From Collinsella sp. (GTDB lineage: Bacteria > Actinomycetota > Coriobacteriia > Coriobacteriales > Coriobacteriaceae): a stretch of DNA of 64,000 nt. The notes beneath the pieces were generated by a model that saw nothing but the letters and a program-made list of their open reading frames with translations, made no database searches and was not told the DNA's origin. The stretch is from the NCBI GenBank assembly GCA_048201895.1, contig DBFBGO010000036.1, positions 31,194 to 95,193 on the forward strand, written 5' to 3'. Below are positions 49,601 through 60,065 of the stretch, in pieces (within the stretch, counting starts at the first letter, position 1; every line of letters starts with the position of its first letter). A program made the translations under genes and the position numbers.

Positions 49601-51028
49601 ATGGCCGAGGTTTGGCGCTTCTTTGCGCATGAGGATGATTTTGCCGATTTGGACGAAGCTGGTGCGTGCGAGCGCCTGGGCCGCGTGCTGTCGTTTCCGA
49701 CGATTTCGAGCATGGATGCCGAGGCGGTTGACTGGCAGGCGTTTGCCGACCTGCGTGCGTACATGCAGCGGGCGTGGCCGCGCGTGTTTGCCGCGGGCGA
49801 GGTCGAGCTCATCGATCGTTCGCTATTGGTGACGCTTTCCGGCTCCGACCCCGCACTCAAGCCCGTTGTGCTCATGGGTCACATGGACGTGGTCCCCGTG
49901 GTGCCGGGTACCGAGGACGACTGGACGTACGCCCCCTTTAGCGGGCATGTAGACGACACCTACATTTGGGGTCGCGGCGCCATCGATATGAAAGACCAGG
50001 TCGCAGGCATTCTCGAGGCGGTTGAGTATGCGCTGGCGCACGGTTGGCAGCACGAGCGCACGCTGCTCCTGGCCTTTGGCCAGGACGAGGAGACTACGCA
50101 GTATGGCGCAGGCGCCATCGGCCGAGCGCTCGAGGAGCGCGGTGTTGAGCTTGAGTACCTGATCGACGAGGGTGACTACCGCATCGTTCCAGCTGCCGGG
50201 TACGGCGCGGGCGAGGGCTGGCTTATGCATGCCGACCTTGCCGAGAAGGGCTACGCCGATATTGTGCTCAAGACGAAGAGTGAGGGCGGGCATTCGTCCA
50301 ACCCCTACGGCGGCACATCGCTCGAGGTGCTTAGCCGTGCCATCACCGCAATCTGCGATATCGAGTGGCCGACGCGCGTGACCGACTTGCTTGCCGCCCA
50401 ACTCGTCGAGTTGGGGCTCTATACGGCCGATGAAATTGCCGCCAACAAGGACACCATCGTGCGCGAGTGCCTCGCCAACAAAAAGCTCTATCCGCTGGTG
50501 ACGACCACCTGCGCGCCCACGCAGATCGAGGGTGGCAGCACAGGCGCCAACGTGATGCCGCAGGATATGTGGGCCAACATTAACTTCCGCATGCTCGAGG
50601 GCACGAGCGTGGCCGACGTTGTGGCGCGCTGCCGCGAGGCGGTTGCCGCGGCGGGCCTTGCCGGACGTGTGGAGGTCGAACTTGGCCCCGGCAGCTCCGA
50701 GCCCTCGCCGTCCCCGCGCGTGGGCGGTCCGGGGCTCGAGGCCGTTCGCGCCATTGCCACCCGCTATTTCCGTGATCCCAGGGGGACGGAGGAAAACGGA
50801 TCGTCTGCGGTGGGCCAAGAGCCGATGAGCATCGTGCCCTCGACCGTGATTGGTGCAACCGACGCCGCCAACTACCAGCGCATTTGCCACGAGTGCATCC
50901 GCTTCTCCGCCTTTGTGGTCGACGATGACGAATGCGACCGCGGCGTCCACGGCACCAACGAGCGCATCACCCGTCGCGCCTACCTCCAAGGCATCCGCTT
51001 CCTCATCGCCCTGCTCCACACGCTCTAG
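49601..51028 (+). CDS. M20 family metallo-amidohydrolase (carboxypeptidase S/PM20D1-like)
   Basis: GHMDVVP, GRGAIDMK, DEE, DEG, GGHSS, GATD, HGTNE. Confidence 0.88.
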   Translation: MAEVWRFFAHEDDFADLDEAGACERLGRVLSFPTISSMDAEAVDWQAFADLRAYMQRAWPRVFAAGEVELIDRSLLVTLSGSDPALKPVVLMGHMDVVPVVPGTEDDWTYAPFSGHVDDTYIWGRGAIDMKDQVAGILEAVEYALAHGWQHERTLLLAFGQDEETTQYGAGAIGRALEERGVELEYLIDEGDYRIVPAAGYGAGEGWLMHADLAEKGYADIVLKTKSEGGHSSNPYGGTSLEVLSRAITAICDIEWPTRVTDLLAAQLVELGLYTADEIAANKDTIVRECLANKKLYPLVTTTCAPTQIEGGSTGANVMPQDMWANINFRMLEGTSVADVVARCREAVAAAGLAGRVEVELGPGSSEPSPSPRVGGPGLEAVRAIATRYFRDPRGTEENGSSAVGQEPMSIVPSTVIGATDAANYQRICHECIRFSAFVVDDDECDRGVHGTNERITRRAYLQGIRFLIALLHTL

Positions 51029-51229
51029 AATGCGACAAAGGGATTGAGCCGGCAACTGGCAACCGGTTTCATCGGTAATGAGATAAAAACTGTTATATAA
51101 AAAGACTAAAATATCTTCAGAAGCATATGCTGGGGTTGGTATTTCTTGAACGACTGCGGGCATGTGTCAGACTGCCTCGGCCCTCCGGGGGGTGCCCAGG
51201 CAGGTCACCGTGTGGCTGGGGAGGAAATT

Positions 51230-54200
51230 ATGCAGGAGCTCAGAGAGACGACGTCTCTACTCGTGAATAATGTTATCGGGGGGTGTCCCAGCAGGGAACT
51301 TCCTGGTGGACATCGGCCGCGCGAGCGGTGGTCCGTCATGTCTTATGGCCGTCGTCGCGGGCTGTGCCCGGTCTCGCCATATGCGATTGTTCTGGCCCTC
51401 GCCGTCGCGCTGACGGTGGGTTTCTTCCTGCCGACCCGTGCGGAAGCAGCGTTTTCGGACCACACGGTCACGACGACTTCGCCCTCGGGGACGACGATCA
51501 ACCTGTTTGATTACTGGGTGAATCCCGATGACCATCTGTCGGTTTCCGGCAACGGCGGCATCAACGCAAACCACCTGTTCCAGTTCAAGGATCAAGGAGC
51601 CAGCGAGGATCTTAACAAGTATACGGGTGGCCCCTCTCCTCGCATCGGCATCGTGAACAGGGTTCTTACCGACGGTTACCCGAAACTCACCGACCGCTGG
51701 GACGGAGAATCCCTCGGCTACCTGTTTGATTCCTCCACCCAGACGGGCAAGATATCCCATATGGGTGTGACGGGTCTGTTGCGGGTCAAGGACGGCTACT
51801 ACGAGTATGACAGCTCGCAGAACTACGCGGCGTACAACGTCAATAAGAATGCATTTGATGTATACGATGCCGCCGGCGTTAAGCAGACGGGGGCTGAGCC
51901 TCATACAGTAGGCCAGTTCTTCCCCTTCGATGCGGCCACTGAGGTATTCAAGGAGGGGGACAGCGGGCTCGTCCCGAACGGCATTACGTCGCAGAACGTC
52001 GGTGACTCGCAATATAACGGTAGCAAACCCCTCAACCATTATTTCGGCCTCTCAATGTCGTCGCGCTTCGTGCAGCCGAAGGGTGGCAAAACGAACGCTG
52101 ACAAGCCCATGACCTTCGAGTTCGCCGGAGACGACGACGTCTGGGTGTTCATTGATGATGTCCTCGTGGGCGACATTGGCGGCATCCACACCAGTGCTAA
52201 GCTGACCATCGACTTCCAAACGGGCGAGATTAAGGTTAACGATTCCCCAGACGGCACGCTGTTAAGCAAGTTCCAGGAAGCAAAGCAGGATACTACTAAG
52301 GGCTTCAAAGGCAACACCTTCGCTGACGGCACCAACCACACGCTCAAGTTCTTCTACTTGGAGCGTGGCGCCACCGACTCCAACATGAAGCTCAAGTACA
52401 ACCTCGTGACGGTTCCCGAGTCCGACATCATCAAGTTCGACCAGGACGGCAAGTTCGTACAGGGTGCCAAGTTCCAGCTCTATAAGACCGACAAGGACTT
52501 CAAGAGCGAGCTTGAGCCCCTCGGATCCGGCACCACGGACGAGGCCGGCCACCTAACGCTCACGAACGACGATGACAACGGCGTCATCAACTTCGACGAT
52601 CTCTACAACAAGGATCACAGCAACAAGTACTACCTCCTGAAGGAGACGCGCGCGCCCGAGGGATACTGCTCGAGTCTCACGGCGACGGGTGGCAGCATGC
52701 AGCTCGAGTACGTGCCCGCGAGCGCCGGGAACGGCGCGGGCGGCGTCATCATCAACCGCGGCGGTATGGACGCGGACAGCGTCGTGTGGAAGACCGGCGC
52801 GTTCGCCGGCGCGAAGGAGACCATCACCGCGCCGTCGACCGTGTACCAGGCGAATAATGACCTGACGAAGGTCAGCCTAGACTCCGGCATACTGTTCGCT
52901 GTGGTGCTCAAGCGCGATAAAAGCGCAAACGCAGATATCAAAGATCAGAACAATTGGTACGCCGTGTCGGGCGACCCATCGACGGAAATGGGGTACACCC
53001 TCGCCGGGAAGCCGAGTAAGGCCGGCGCTATCGAGGCGGCGAAGAAGGACCTGCACGCCTTCACGCTCAACACGAGCGGCCAGTACCAGGTAGAGATTCA
53101 AAATCTGCCCGGTGACATCTCCAAGTACTACTACCTGCTGAGCGGTGATGCCCGCAAGGATGCCGAGTACACGGTGGCCATCTACTACACAGCGGCGAGC
53201 TCCATCGCCGAGGCGGATATGGACAACACGGTCCACGTGTTCAGCGATGACCTCCCCGACGGCAAGGAGAATTGCCGGCGGCAGTTCGCCACGCGCCTGC
53301 TCGTCTCGAACATCCAGAATCGCCTGTTCGTGCAGAAGACCGATACCGCGGGTAAGCCCGTTGAGGGGGCGAAGTTCGGCCTGTACACCTCCAGCCAGGT
53401 GACTACGGAGAACGGCAAGGTCATGCTCAATGGCGAGCAGACCCCCTACGACACCCTGACGACGGGGTCGGTCGACTACCCGGTCCTGCTCGAAGGTGCG
53501 GGCATATTCCCGAATACGAGCAACGGTAACAGGCCGCTCGTGAAGGGGACCTACTTCCTAAAGGAGGTCTCGGCGCCCGAGGGCTTCCTGCTTAACGACA
53601 CGCTTACCAAGGTGATTGTGGACGATTACGGCGTCCATGCCGATGCTGGTACGGACGATGACGGTGTTTCGACGTTCGTGGGTCCGGGCGCGCTCATGAA
53701 GAGCCTGGGCCAGTTTGGCGCAGAGGGTGACATCGACAACACGCTCACGTGGATCAAGGGCCAGCGCCAGACGTCCGACGGCAAGCTCGACGGCAACGAC
53801 AACCTTTCCTGGAACAATGACGCCAAGGGCGGCGAGGATGAGGTGCACCTCAAGTACGGCGCCAACGGACGTGTCTACCAGTATGGGCCCACCGAGGAGG
53901 GTAAACCTTATCGCTTGGAGACCGAGACGGGCTGGATACGTATGGGTATCATGCAGGACGAGCGGCCCAAGGGGACCACGTCGAAAGGTGCCCGTGCCAA
54001 TCTGGGCGACATGAACCTGAACGCCCTGTTCACGGGCGCCACCTGCGTGCGCGTGGCGAACGAACGCGAGGCGAGCCTTGAGGTGACGAAGAAGGTTGTC
54101 GTGCCCAATGGCCTGACGGGCAATAAGGACGCGAAGTTCACCTTCAAGTTCACCGTGCCTGATGGGAAGACCTACAAGGCTGCAGTGTTCAAGAACGCTG

Positions 54201-57200
54201 GGGCCGCAAGCGAGAGGCAGGTCGGCGATATGTTCGACCTGACGAACGGTCGCGAGCAGACCATCACGGCCGGCCAGACGATCCGCGTGTACGGCCTCGC
54301 CGAGCACGACGCCTACACGGTGCAGGAGCTGACCGGCGCAGACCAGATGCCCGCGGGCTATAAGCTGACCGGCCGCAAGCAGGGTGCCACGGATCTGAAG
54401 GACGCAGGCGATAGCGTCACCGGTAAGATCGCGAAGCAAAATACCGACGGCACGTTGGCCGAAGCCAACAAGCTGGTGTTTACCAACACTTACACGGCGG
54501 AAGCCAGCGACAAACTGACCCCACAGGTAACGAAGAAGATCTCCGGCACCGAGAGGACGGACAAGAAGTTCTCGTTCACGCTGGCTGCCACGTCGAAGAC
54601 GAAGGATAAGATTGACGCCGGCGATCTGGAGGATGACGGTCTAAAGGGTGACGCACCCTCGGAGTCCAAGACCACGAAGGGGGAGATCACCGGCAAGGAC
54701 GGTCAGCCCCTCAACTTCTCCGACATGACATTCAACAAGGCAGGCGACTACACGTTTACGCTCACCGAGGCCCACGGGGAAGATGACGATCCTAATACGA
54801 CTGGTGTGCAGAACGCTGGTTGGACGATGGACGATTCCACCTACACCGTCACGGTGAAGGTTGAGGACAAGAATGCCAAGCTGACTGTCACAGGCGTGGC
54901 GGTGGAAAAGGACGGCGATGACAAGAGCGAGACGCTTGAGGTCAAGAAAGGCAAGGTGAACCTCGCCACCTTTACCAACAGCTATGCTGCGAAGGGTTCC
55001 GTGACCCTGGCGGCGAAGAAGCACTTTACGGGCGGTGCGCTCGCGGGGAACGATTTCTCGTTTGCTCTGTACAAGGGTGACAAGGCGGAAGGCACGCCCC
55101 TTGAGACCGTCACGAACGACGAGAACGGCAACATTACCTTCCAGCCCATCAACTACACCGAGGCCGGTGACTACGACTACACCATCAAGGAGGTGAAGGG
55201 CGCCGACCCGACCGTCGTCTACGACGGTCAGGAAGTGAAGGTCAAGGTCAGCGTCATCGATAACAAGAACGGCACGCTGGGCGCAACCGCCACCTACGGC
55301 GGCGATGAGGCCGTGCCGACCTTCACCAACTCGAAGCCGACGACGGACGTTACCGTCGAGGCAACGAAGACCCTCACGGGCAAGGCGCTGACGGACGGCG
55401 CGTTCGCCTTCGGCCTGTACGACCAGGCCGGCAACGAGGTCGCCAAGGGCGCCAACGACCGGGACGGCAAGGTCAAGCTGGCCGTCAAGGGCCTGAACCT
55501 GGGCGAGTACGACTACACGCTCAAGGAGGTCGCTGGCAGCGATTCGACCATCACCTACGATTCCACGGAGGTGAGGGTTCACGTCTCGGTGAAGGCGGAG
55601 GGCGACAAGGCGAAGGCGACCGTCACTTACGACGGCAAGAACGATATCCCGACCTTCAAGAACACGTATCAGCCCGCCGAGACCTCGGTGACGCTCGCGG
55701 CGAAGAAGGCCTATGTGAAGTCCGACAGCACGCCGGCTGCGCTCAAGGGTGGCGAGTTCGCCTTCGACCTGTACGAGGGCGATCTGACGGCCGAGCAGCT
55801 GAAGGGCAAGCAACCCATCCGGAGCGCCAAGAACGGCGAGGACGGCACCGTCACCTTCCCGGCCATCAACTACACCAAGGCCGGCGAGTACAAGTACACC
55901 ATCGTGGAGAAGAAGGGCGACCTGTCCCACGTGACCTTCGACGACGCGGTGCACCATGCCGCGGTGAAGGTCATGGACAAAGCTGGCAAGCTGGACGCCG
56001 CCGTTGCCTACGATGGTGACAAGGCCGATGCCCCCACCTTCACGAACACCTACACCGCAAAGGGATCCGTGGAGCTGACGGCGACCAAGGTCGTTGCGGT
56101 CGCGCCGGGCTTCACGCACGACACCAAGCTGAAGGGCGGCGAATACACGTTCGAGCTGAAGGACGCCGACGGCAAGGTGCTCGACACCGCGAAGAACGAG
56201 GCCGATGGCACGGTGAAGTTCACGCGCGACTTCGAGCTCGCCGACCTGGGCGGCGCCGCGAGCAAGGACTTCGCCTACACCATCGCGGAGAAGCCGGGCG
56301 CGGAGGCCGGCATGGTCTATGACAACCATACCCTCACCTATACGGTGACGGTCACAGACGATGGCGCCGGTACGCTGACGGCCACACCGCAGGTAACGAG
56401 TGGAGACAAGACCTTCACGAACACGTACCACCCGAAGGAGACCTCGGTAACGCTCAAGGCGACGAAGCGCTTCACGGGCGGTGAGCTCGCGGGGAGTGAC
56501 TTCACGTTCCAGCTGCTCGACAAGGACGGCAGCGTGGTCCAGACTGTCCAAAACGAGAAGGACGGCAAGGTCGCCTTTGCAGCCATCGACTACGCTACGC
56601 CGGGCGACCACGACTACACCATCAAGGAGGTGAAGGGCGCCGACTCGACCGTCGTCTACGACGCGAAGGGCGTGAAGGTCCACGTCAAGGTCACCGACGA
56701 AAAGGGCGAGCTGAAGGCGACCGTCACCTACGACGGTGAGCAGGCCTTGCCGACCTTCACCAACACGAAGCCGACGGCGGACGTCACCGTTGAGGCCACG
56801 AAAGTTCTCGCGGGCAAGGACCTGACGGCCGATGCGTTCACCTTCGGCTTGTACGACCAGGACGGCAATGAGGACGCTCGCGGCACCAACGATAAGAATG
56901 GCAAGGTCAAGCTGACCGTCAAGGGCCTGAACCTGGGCGAGTACGACTACACGCTCAAGGAGGAGAAGGCCAGCCAGTCCGTCGACGGCGTGGCCTACGA
57001 CGCCAAGGAAGTCAAGGTCCACGTCAAGGTAGAGCAGAACCAGGACGACAACAACAAGACGAAGGTGACCGTCACCTATGACGGTACCGCTACGGCTCCC
57101 ACCTTCAACAACACCTACGACGCAAAGGGTTCCGTAACCCTGACGGCGACCAAGACCATCAAGGTTGCGGACGGCTTCGATCACACGACGAAGCCCGCAG

Positions 57201-59539
57201 ACGGCGAGTTCACCTTCGACCTGAAGGACGCTGCCGGCAACGTGATCGCCACCGCGAACAACGACGCCGACGGCAAGATCAACTTTACGCGCGGCTTCAA
57301 GCTCGCCGACCTGGGCGGCGCCGCGAGCAAGGACTTCACCTACACCATCGTGGAGCAGCCGGGCGCGGAGGCCGGCATGGTCTATGACAACCATCCTCTC
57401 ACCTACAAGGTGACGGTCACAGACGGCGGGAACGGAGCACTGAATGCGAAGGCGATCGTGACGAGCACATCCGGCTCGGAGACCTTCACCAACACCTACC
57501 AGCCGGCCGCGACCGGCCTGGCCCTCGGTGCACAGAAGAGCTACGCGAAGAAGGACGACAACACGCCGATCGTACTCAAGGGCGGCGAGTTCACCTTCGA
57601 TGTGTACGAGGGCAACCTTACGGCTGAGCAGCTGAAAGGCAAGCAACCCGTCCGGACCGCGACCAACGACGCGAACGGAAGCGTCGGCTTCGACGCCTTC
57701 TCCTACGCGAAGCCGGGCACGCACGAGTACACCATCGTTGAGCGGAAGGGCGATCTGGCCTACGTGACCTACGACGCCGCGGTGCACCATGCCGTGGTGA
57801 CGGTTGCGGACAATGCCGGCACGCTGCAGGCGAGCGTCGCCTACGACGGTACGGACGCCACGAAGCCCACCTTCACCAACACTTACGAGGCACGGGCGAC
57901 GGACTCCGGTGCGATCGCCCTCACCAAGAGCGTTGACGTGCACGACGGCAGCTATCAGCTAAAGGCGGGAGACTTCGCCTTCGAGCTGGTGGGGTCTGAC
58001 GGTACGGTGCTCCAGACCCAGAAGAACGACGCCAAGGGCAAGGTTTACTTTAACGAGCTGACCTTCGACCATGCGGGCACCTTTCCCTTCACGGTCCGTG
58101 AGGTGCAGCCGACGGACGGCGCGCCGGGCGTGCCGGGCGTGACCTACACCGGCAAGACGTACACCCTGACCTACGTGGTGAAGGACAACAACGACGGCAA
58201 GCTGGTGGTAGAGAGCTCTACGGTGAAACCGAGCGAGGGCACCGAGAACGGCGTCACCCCCAATACCATGACGTTTGCGAACAGCTACCAGCCGGGTCAG
58301 ACCTCCTACCAGATCTCTGGCACCAAGGTGCTTGAGAATGCCGATCCGGCCACCACGCGGACGCCCGCCGATGGCGAGTTCACATTCGCGCTGATTGACG
58401 TGGCCACCGGGCAGGAGATCGACCGGACCACGAACGTGGGTAAAGCGTTTACCTTCAAGGCCACCTCGTACACCGCGACTGGTTCGCATGCGTACCAGGT
58501 GAAGGAGGTTGCGGGCCAAGATGGCACCATCACTTACAGCGATGCGGTGCTGGACGTAACGGTGAACGTGACCGATGACGGCAGCGGCCAGCTGACCGCG
58601 ACGGCGAACAAGACGGCTGCGGATCTGACCTTCACCAACACCTACACGCCGACGGCAACGACGGCGACGATTACCGGAACGAAGGCTCTGACCGGCCGCG
58701 ACCTGGCCGAGGGTGAGTTCTTCTTCGACCTGAAGGACGCCGACGGTAACGTGGTGCAGACGGTGCAGAACGGCGCCGACGGCACGTTCGGCTTCGCGCC
58801 GCTGCAGCTGGACAAGGTGGGGACGTACGTCTACACCGTGTCCGAGCGGGCAGGGGCGACGGCGAACGGCGTCACCTACGACACGACGGTCTTTACCGCG
58901 ACGGTGACGGTGACGGAGAATGCGGAGACGCACGCGCTGGAGGCGCAGGTTGCCTACAGCAAGGGCGGCAAGGCTGCGGATGCGGTGGCGTTCAGCAACA
59001 GTTACGCGCCGGCCGCGACTGAGGTGAAGCTGGGGGCCTCCAAGGTGCTGAGCGGCGAGGACCTGAAGGAAGGGCAGTTCTCCTTCCAGCTGAAGGATGC
59101 CGACGGCAAGGTGCTGCAGACCGCAAAGAACGCGGCGGACGGCACGGTGGGCTTCGAGGCGATCTCGTACGACAAGCCCGGAACGTACGCCTACAGCATC
59201 TCCGAGGTGGACGACGGTCAGAAGAACGTGACGTACGACGCGGCCGAGCACCGGGTAACGGTGACGGTGACTGACGACGGTGCGGGCCATCTGGTGGCGA
59301 CGGTAACCTATGACGGCGCCGTGGCGCCGGTGTTCAAGAACACGTACACGCCGCCGACCACCCCGCCGACGGAGCCGCCCACCAATCCGCCGAGCAAGTC
59401 ACCGGTGCTGAAGGAGGAGAAGCCGGGTCTGCCGTATACGGGCGATACCAGCTTGTCGCCGATGGCCCTGGGTGGCATCGCGGGCGGCGCGGTGGTGCTG
59501 ATCGCCGCAGGCGTTATCCTGCGGCGCCGGAACCGGTAG
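51230..59539 (+). CDS. Giant sortase-anchored adhesin: fibro-slime/PA14-like domain, SpaA-like Ig domains, 13 Spy0128/FctA-type repeats, LPYTG anchor
   Basis: Signal peptide ending AEA; GDDDVWVFID..DIGGIH and FFYLERG..SN; repeats from an early Lys to TFTNTY; Pro-rich linker, LPYTG, TM, RRRNR. Confidence 0.88.
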   Translation: MQELRETTSLLVNNVIGGCPSRELPGGHRPRERWSVMSYGRRRGLCPVSPYAIVLALAVALTVGFFLPTRAEAAFSDHTVTTTSPSGTTINLFDYWVNPDDHLSVSGNGGINANHLFQFKDQGASEDLNKYTGGPSPRIGIVNRVLTDGYPKLTDRWDGESLGYLFDSSTQTGKISHMGVTGLLRVKDGYYEYDSSQNYAAYNVNKNAFDVYDAAGVKQTGAEPHTVGQFFPFDAATEVFKEGDSGLVPNGITSQNVGDSQYNGSKPLNHYFGLSMSSRFVQPKGGKTNADKPMTFEFAGDDDVWVFIDDVLVGDIGGIHTSAKLTIDFQTGEIKVNDSPDGTLLSKFQEAKQDTTKGFKGNTFADGTNHTLKFFYLERGATDSNMKLKYNLVTVPESDIIKFDQDGKFVQGAKFQLYKTDKDFKSELEPLGSGTTDEAGHLTLTNDDDNGVINFDDLYNKDHSNKYYLLKETRAPEGYCSSLTATGGSMQLEYVPASAGNGAGGVIINRGGMDADSVVWKTGAFAGAKETITAPSTVYQANNDLTKVSLDSGILFAVVLKRDKSANADIKDQNNWYAVSGDPSTEMGYTLAGKPSKAGAIEAAKKDLHAFTLNTSGQYQVEIQNLPGDISKYYYLLSGDARKDAEYTVAIYYTAASSIAEADMDNTVHVFSDDLPDGKENCRRQFATRLLVSNIQNRLFVQKTDTAGKPVEGAKFGLYTSSQVTTENGKVMLNGEQTPYDTLTTGSVDYPVLLEGAGIFPNTSNGNRPLVKGTYFLKEVSAPEGFLLNDTLTKVIVDDYGVHADAGTDDDGVSTFVGPGALMKSLGQFGAEGDIDNTLTWIKGQRQTSDGKLDGNDNLSWNNDAKGGEDEVHLKYGANGRVYQYGPTEEGKPYRLETETGWIRMGIMQDERPKGTTSKGARANLGDMNLNALFTGATCVRVANEREASLEVTKKVVVPNGLTGNKDAKFTFKFTVPDGKTYKAAVFKNAGAASERQVGDMFDLTNGREQTITAGQTIRVYGLAEHDAYTVQELTGADQMPAGYKLTGRKQGATDLKDAGDSVTGKIAKQNTDGTLAEANKLVFTNTYTAEASDKLTPQVTKKISGTERTDKKFSFTLAATSKTKDKIDAGDLEDDGLKGDAPSESKTTKGEITGKDGQPLNFSDMTFNKAGDYTFTLTEAHGEDDDPNTTGVQNAGWTMDDSTYTVTVKVEDKNAKLTVTGVAVEKDGDDKSETLEVKKGKVNLATFTNSYAAKGSVTLAAKKHFTGGALAGNDFSFALYKGDKAEGTPLETVTNDENGNITFQPINYTEAGDYDYTIKEVKGADPTVVYDGQEVKVKVSVIDNKNGTLGATATYGGDEAVPTFTNSKPTTDVTVEATKTLTGKALTDGAFAFGLYDQAGNEVAKGANDRDGKVKLAVKGLNLGEYDYTLKEVAGSDSTITYDSTEVRVHVSVKAEGDKAKATVTYDGKNDIPTFKNTYQPAETSVTLAAKKAYVKSDSTPAALKGGEFAFDLYEGDLTAEQLKGKQPIRSAKNGEDGTVTFPAINYTKAGEYKYTIVEKKGDLSHVTFDDAVHHAAVKVMDKAGKLDAAVAYDGDKADAPTFTNTYTAKGSVELTATKVVAVAPGFTHDTKLKGGEYTFELKDADGKVLDTAKNEADGTVKFTRDFELADLGGAASKDFAYTIAEKPGAEAGMVYDNHTLTYTVTVTDDGAGTLTATPQVTSGDKTFTNTYHPKETSVTLKATKRFTGGELAGSDFTFQLLDKDGSVVQTVQNEKDGKVAFAAIDYATPGDHDYTIKEVKGADSTVVYDAKGVKVHVKVTDEKGELKATVTYDGEQALPTFTNTKPTADVTVEATKVLAGKDLTADAFTFGLYDQDGNEDARGTNDKNGKVKLTVKGLNLGEYDYTLKEEKASQSVDGVAYDAKEVKVHVKVEQNQDDNNKTKVTVTYDGTATAPTFNNTYDAKGSVTLTATKTIKVADGFDHTTKPADGEFTFDLKDAAGNVIATANNDADGKINFTRGFKLADLGGAASKDFTYTIVEQPGAEAGMVYDNHPLTYKVTVTDGGNGALNAKAIVTSTSGSETFTNTYQPAATGLALGAQKSYAKKDDNTPIVLKGGEFTFDVYEGNLTAEQLKGKQPVRTATNDANGSVGFDAFSYAKPGTHEYTIVERKGDLAYVTYDAAVHHAVVTVADNAGTLQASVAYDGTDATKPTFTNTYEARATDSGAIALTKSVDVHDGSYQLKAGDFAFELVGSDGTVLQTQKNDAKGKVYFNELTFDHAGTFPFTVREVQPTDGAPGVPGVTYTGKTYTLTYVVKDNNDGKLVVESSTVKPSEGTENGVTPNTMTFANSYQPGQTSYQISGTKVLENADPATTRTPADGEFTFALIDVATGQEIDRTTNVGKAFTFKATSYTATGSHAYQVKEVAGQDGTITYSDAVLDVTVNVTDDGSGQLTATANKTAADLTFTNTYTPTATTATITGTKALTGRDLAEGEFFFDLKDADGNVVQTVQNGADGTFGFAPLQLDKVGTYVYTVSERAGATANGVTYDTTVFTATVTVTENAETHALEAQVAYSKGGKAADAVAFSNSYAPAATEVKLGASKVLSGEDLKEGQFSFQLKDADGKVLQTAKNAADGTVGFEAISYDKPGTYAYSISEVDDGQKNVTYDAAEHRVTVTVTDDGAGHLVATVTYDGAVAPVFKNTYTPPTTPPTEPPTNPPSKSPVLKEEKPGLPYTGDTSLSPMALGGIAGGAVVLIAAGVILRRRNR

Positions 59540-59567
59540 CTACGGCGGCCGAGAAGGGCTTTGATTG

Positions 59568-59606
59568 AGGGCGGGTGGTCGCAGGGCGCGGCCGCTCGCC
59601 CTTTTT
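59568..59606 (+). terminator. Intrinsic terminator after the adhesin
   Basis: agggcgggtggtcgc...gcggccgctcgccct followed by a T run. Confidence 0.65.
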
Positions 59607-59613
59607 GGTGAAA

Positions 59614-60065
59614 GGCTATGTTAACCCGCCGTTTGCACGTCCGGCTCCAGATGGAACTCGTACTCCGGCTCCATCATCTTCTTCCGGATCTTTTCGTAGC
59701 GCCCGTCGTCGAGCTGCTCGCGCATGAGCGACGTCCTGTCCCCGACGCGTGCGGCCTCGCGCAGCCATCTGAACCACATCAGGCAGCTGTGGAGCCTGCG
59801 GGTCGATACGCCCTTGAACCTCTCGAGGAAGTGGCCGAGCGAACCCTGCGCTTCAGCATCCTCTGGACCGTGTCCCGCTCGTACCCGGTGAGCCTGCCGT
59901 GGGTCCTCGGGACCGCCCTCGCGGCGCCCTTCCCGCCCTTTCCGGACATGGCGTCCTCCGATCTCCCGGGGCCGGCCGATCCGGCCCTCAGGGTATCGGA
60001 TTCCCAAATTTATCCGTATATGTGCGGATGAATGCGGGAGGCGTTCGGATGAAGTTGTATTCAAG
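59614..60065 (-). mobile_element. Degenerate IS remnant: IS30-like 5' part joined to IS1595-like 3' part
   Basis: ATG 59949 frame MSGKGGKGAARAVPRTHGRLTGYERDTVQRML; other frame FLERFKGVSTRRLHSCLMWFRW; GGCTATG end at 59614. Confidence 0.6.

Noticed and set aside
54641..57943. 1100-aa minus-strand ORF
   Set aside because: Antisense shadow of the adhesin repeats
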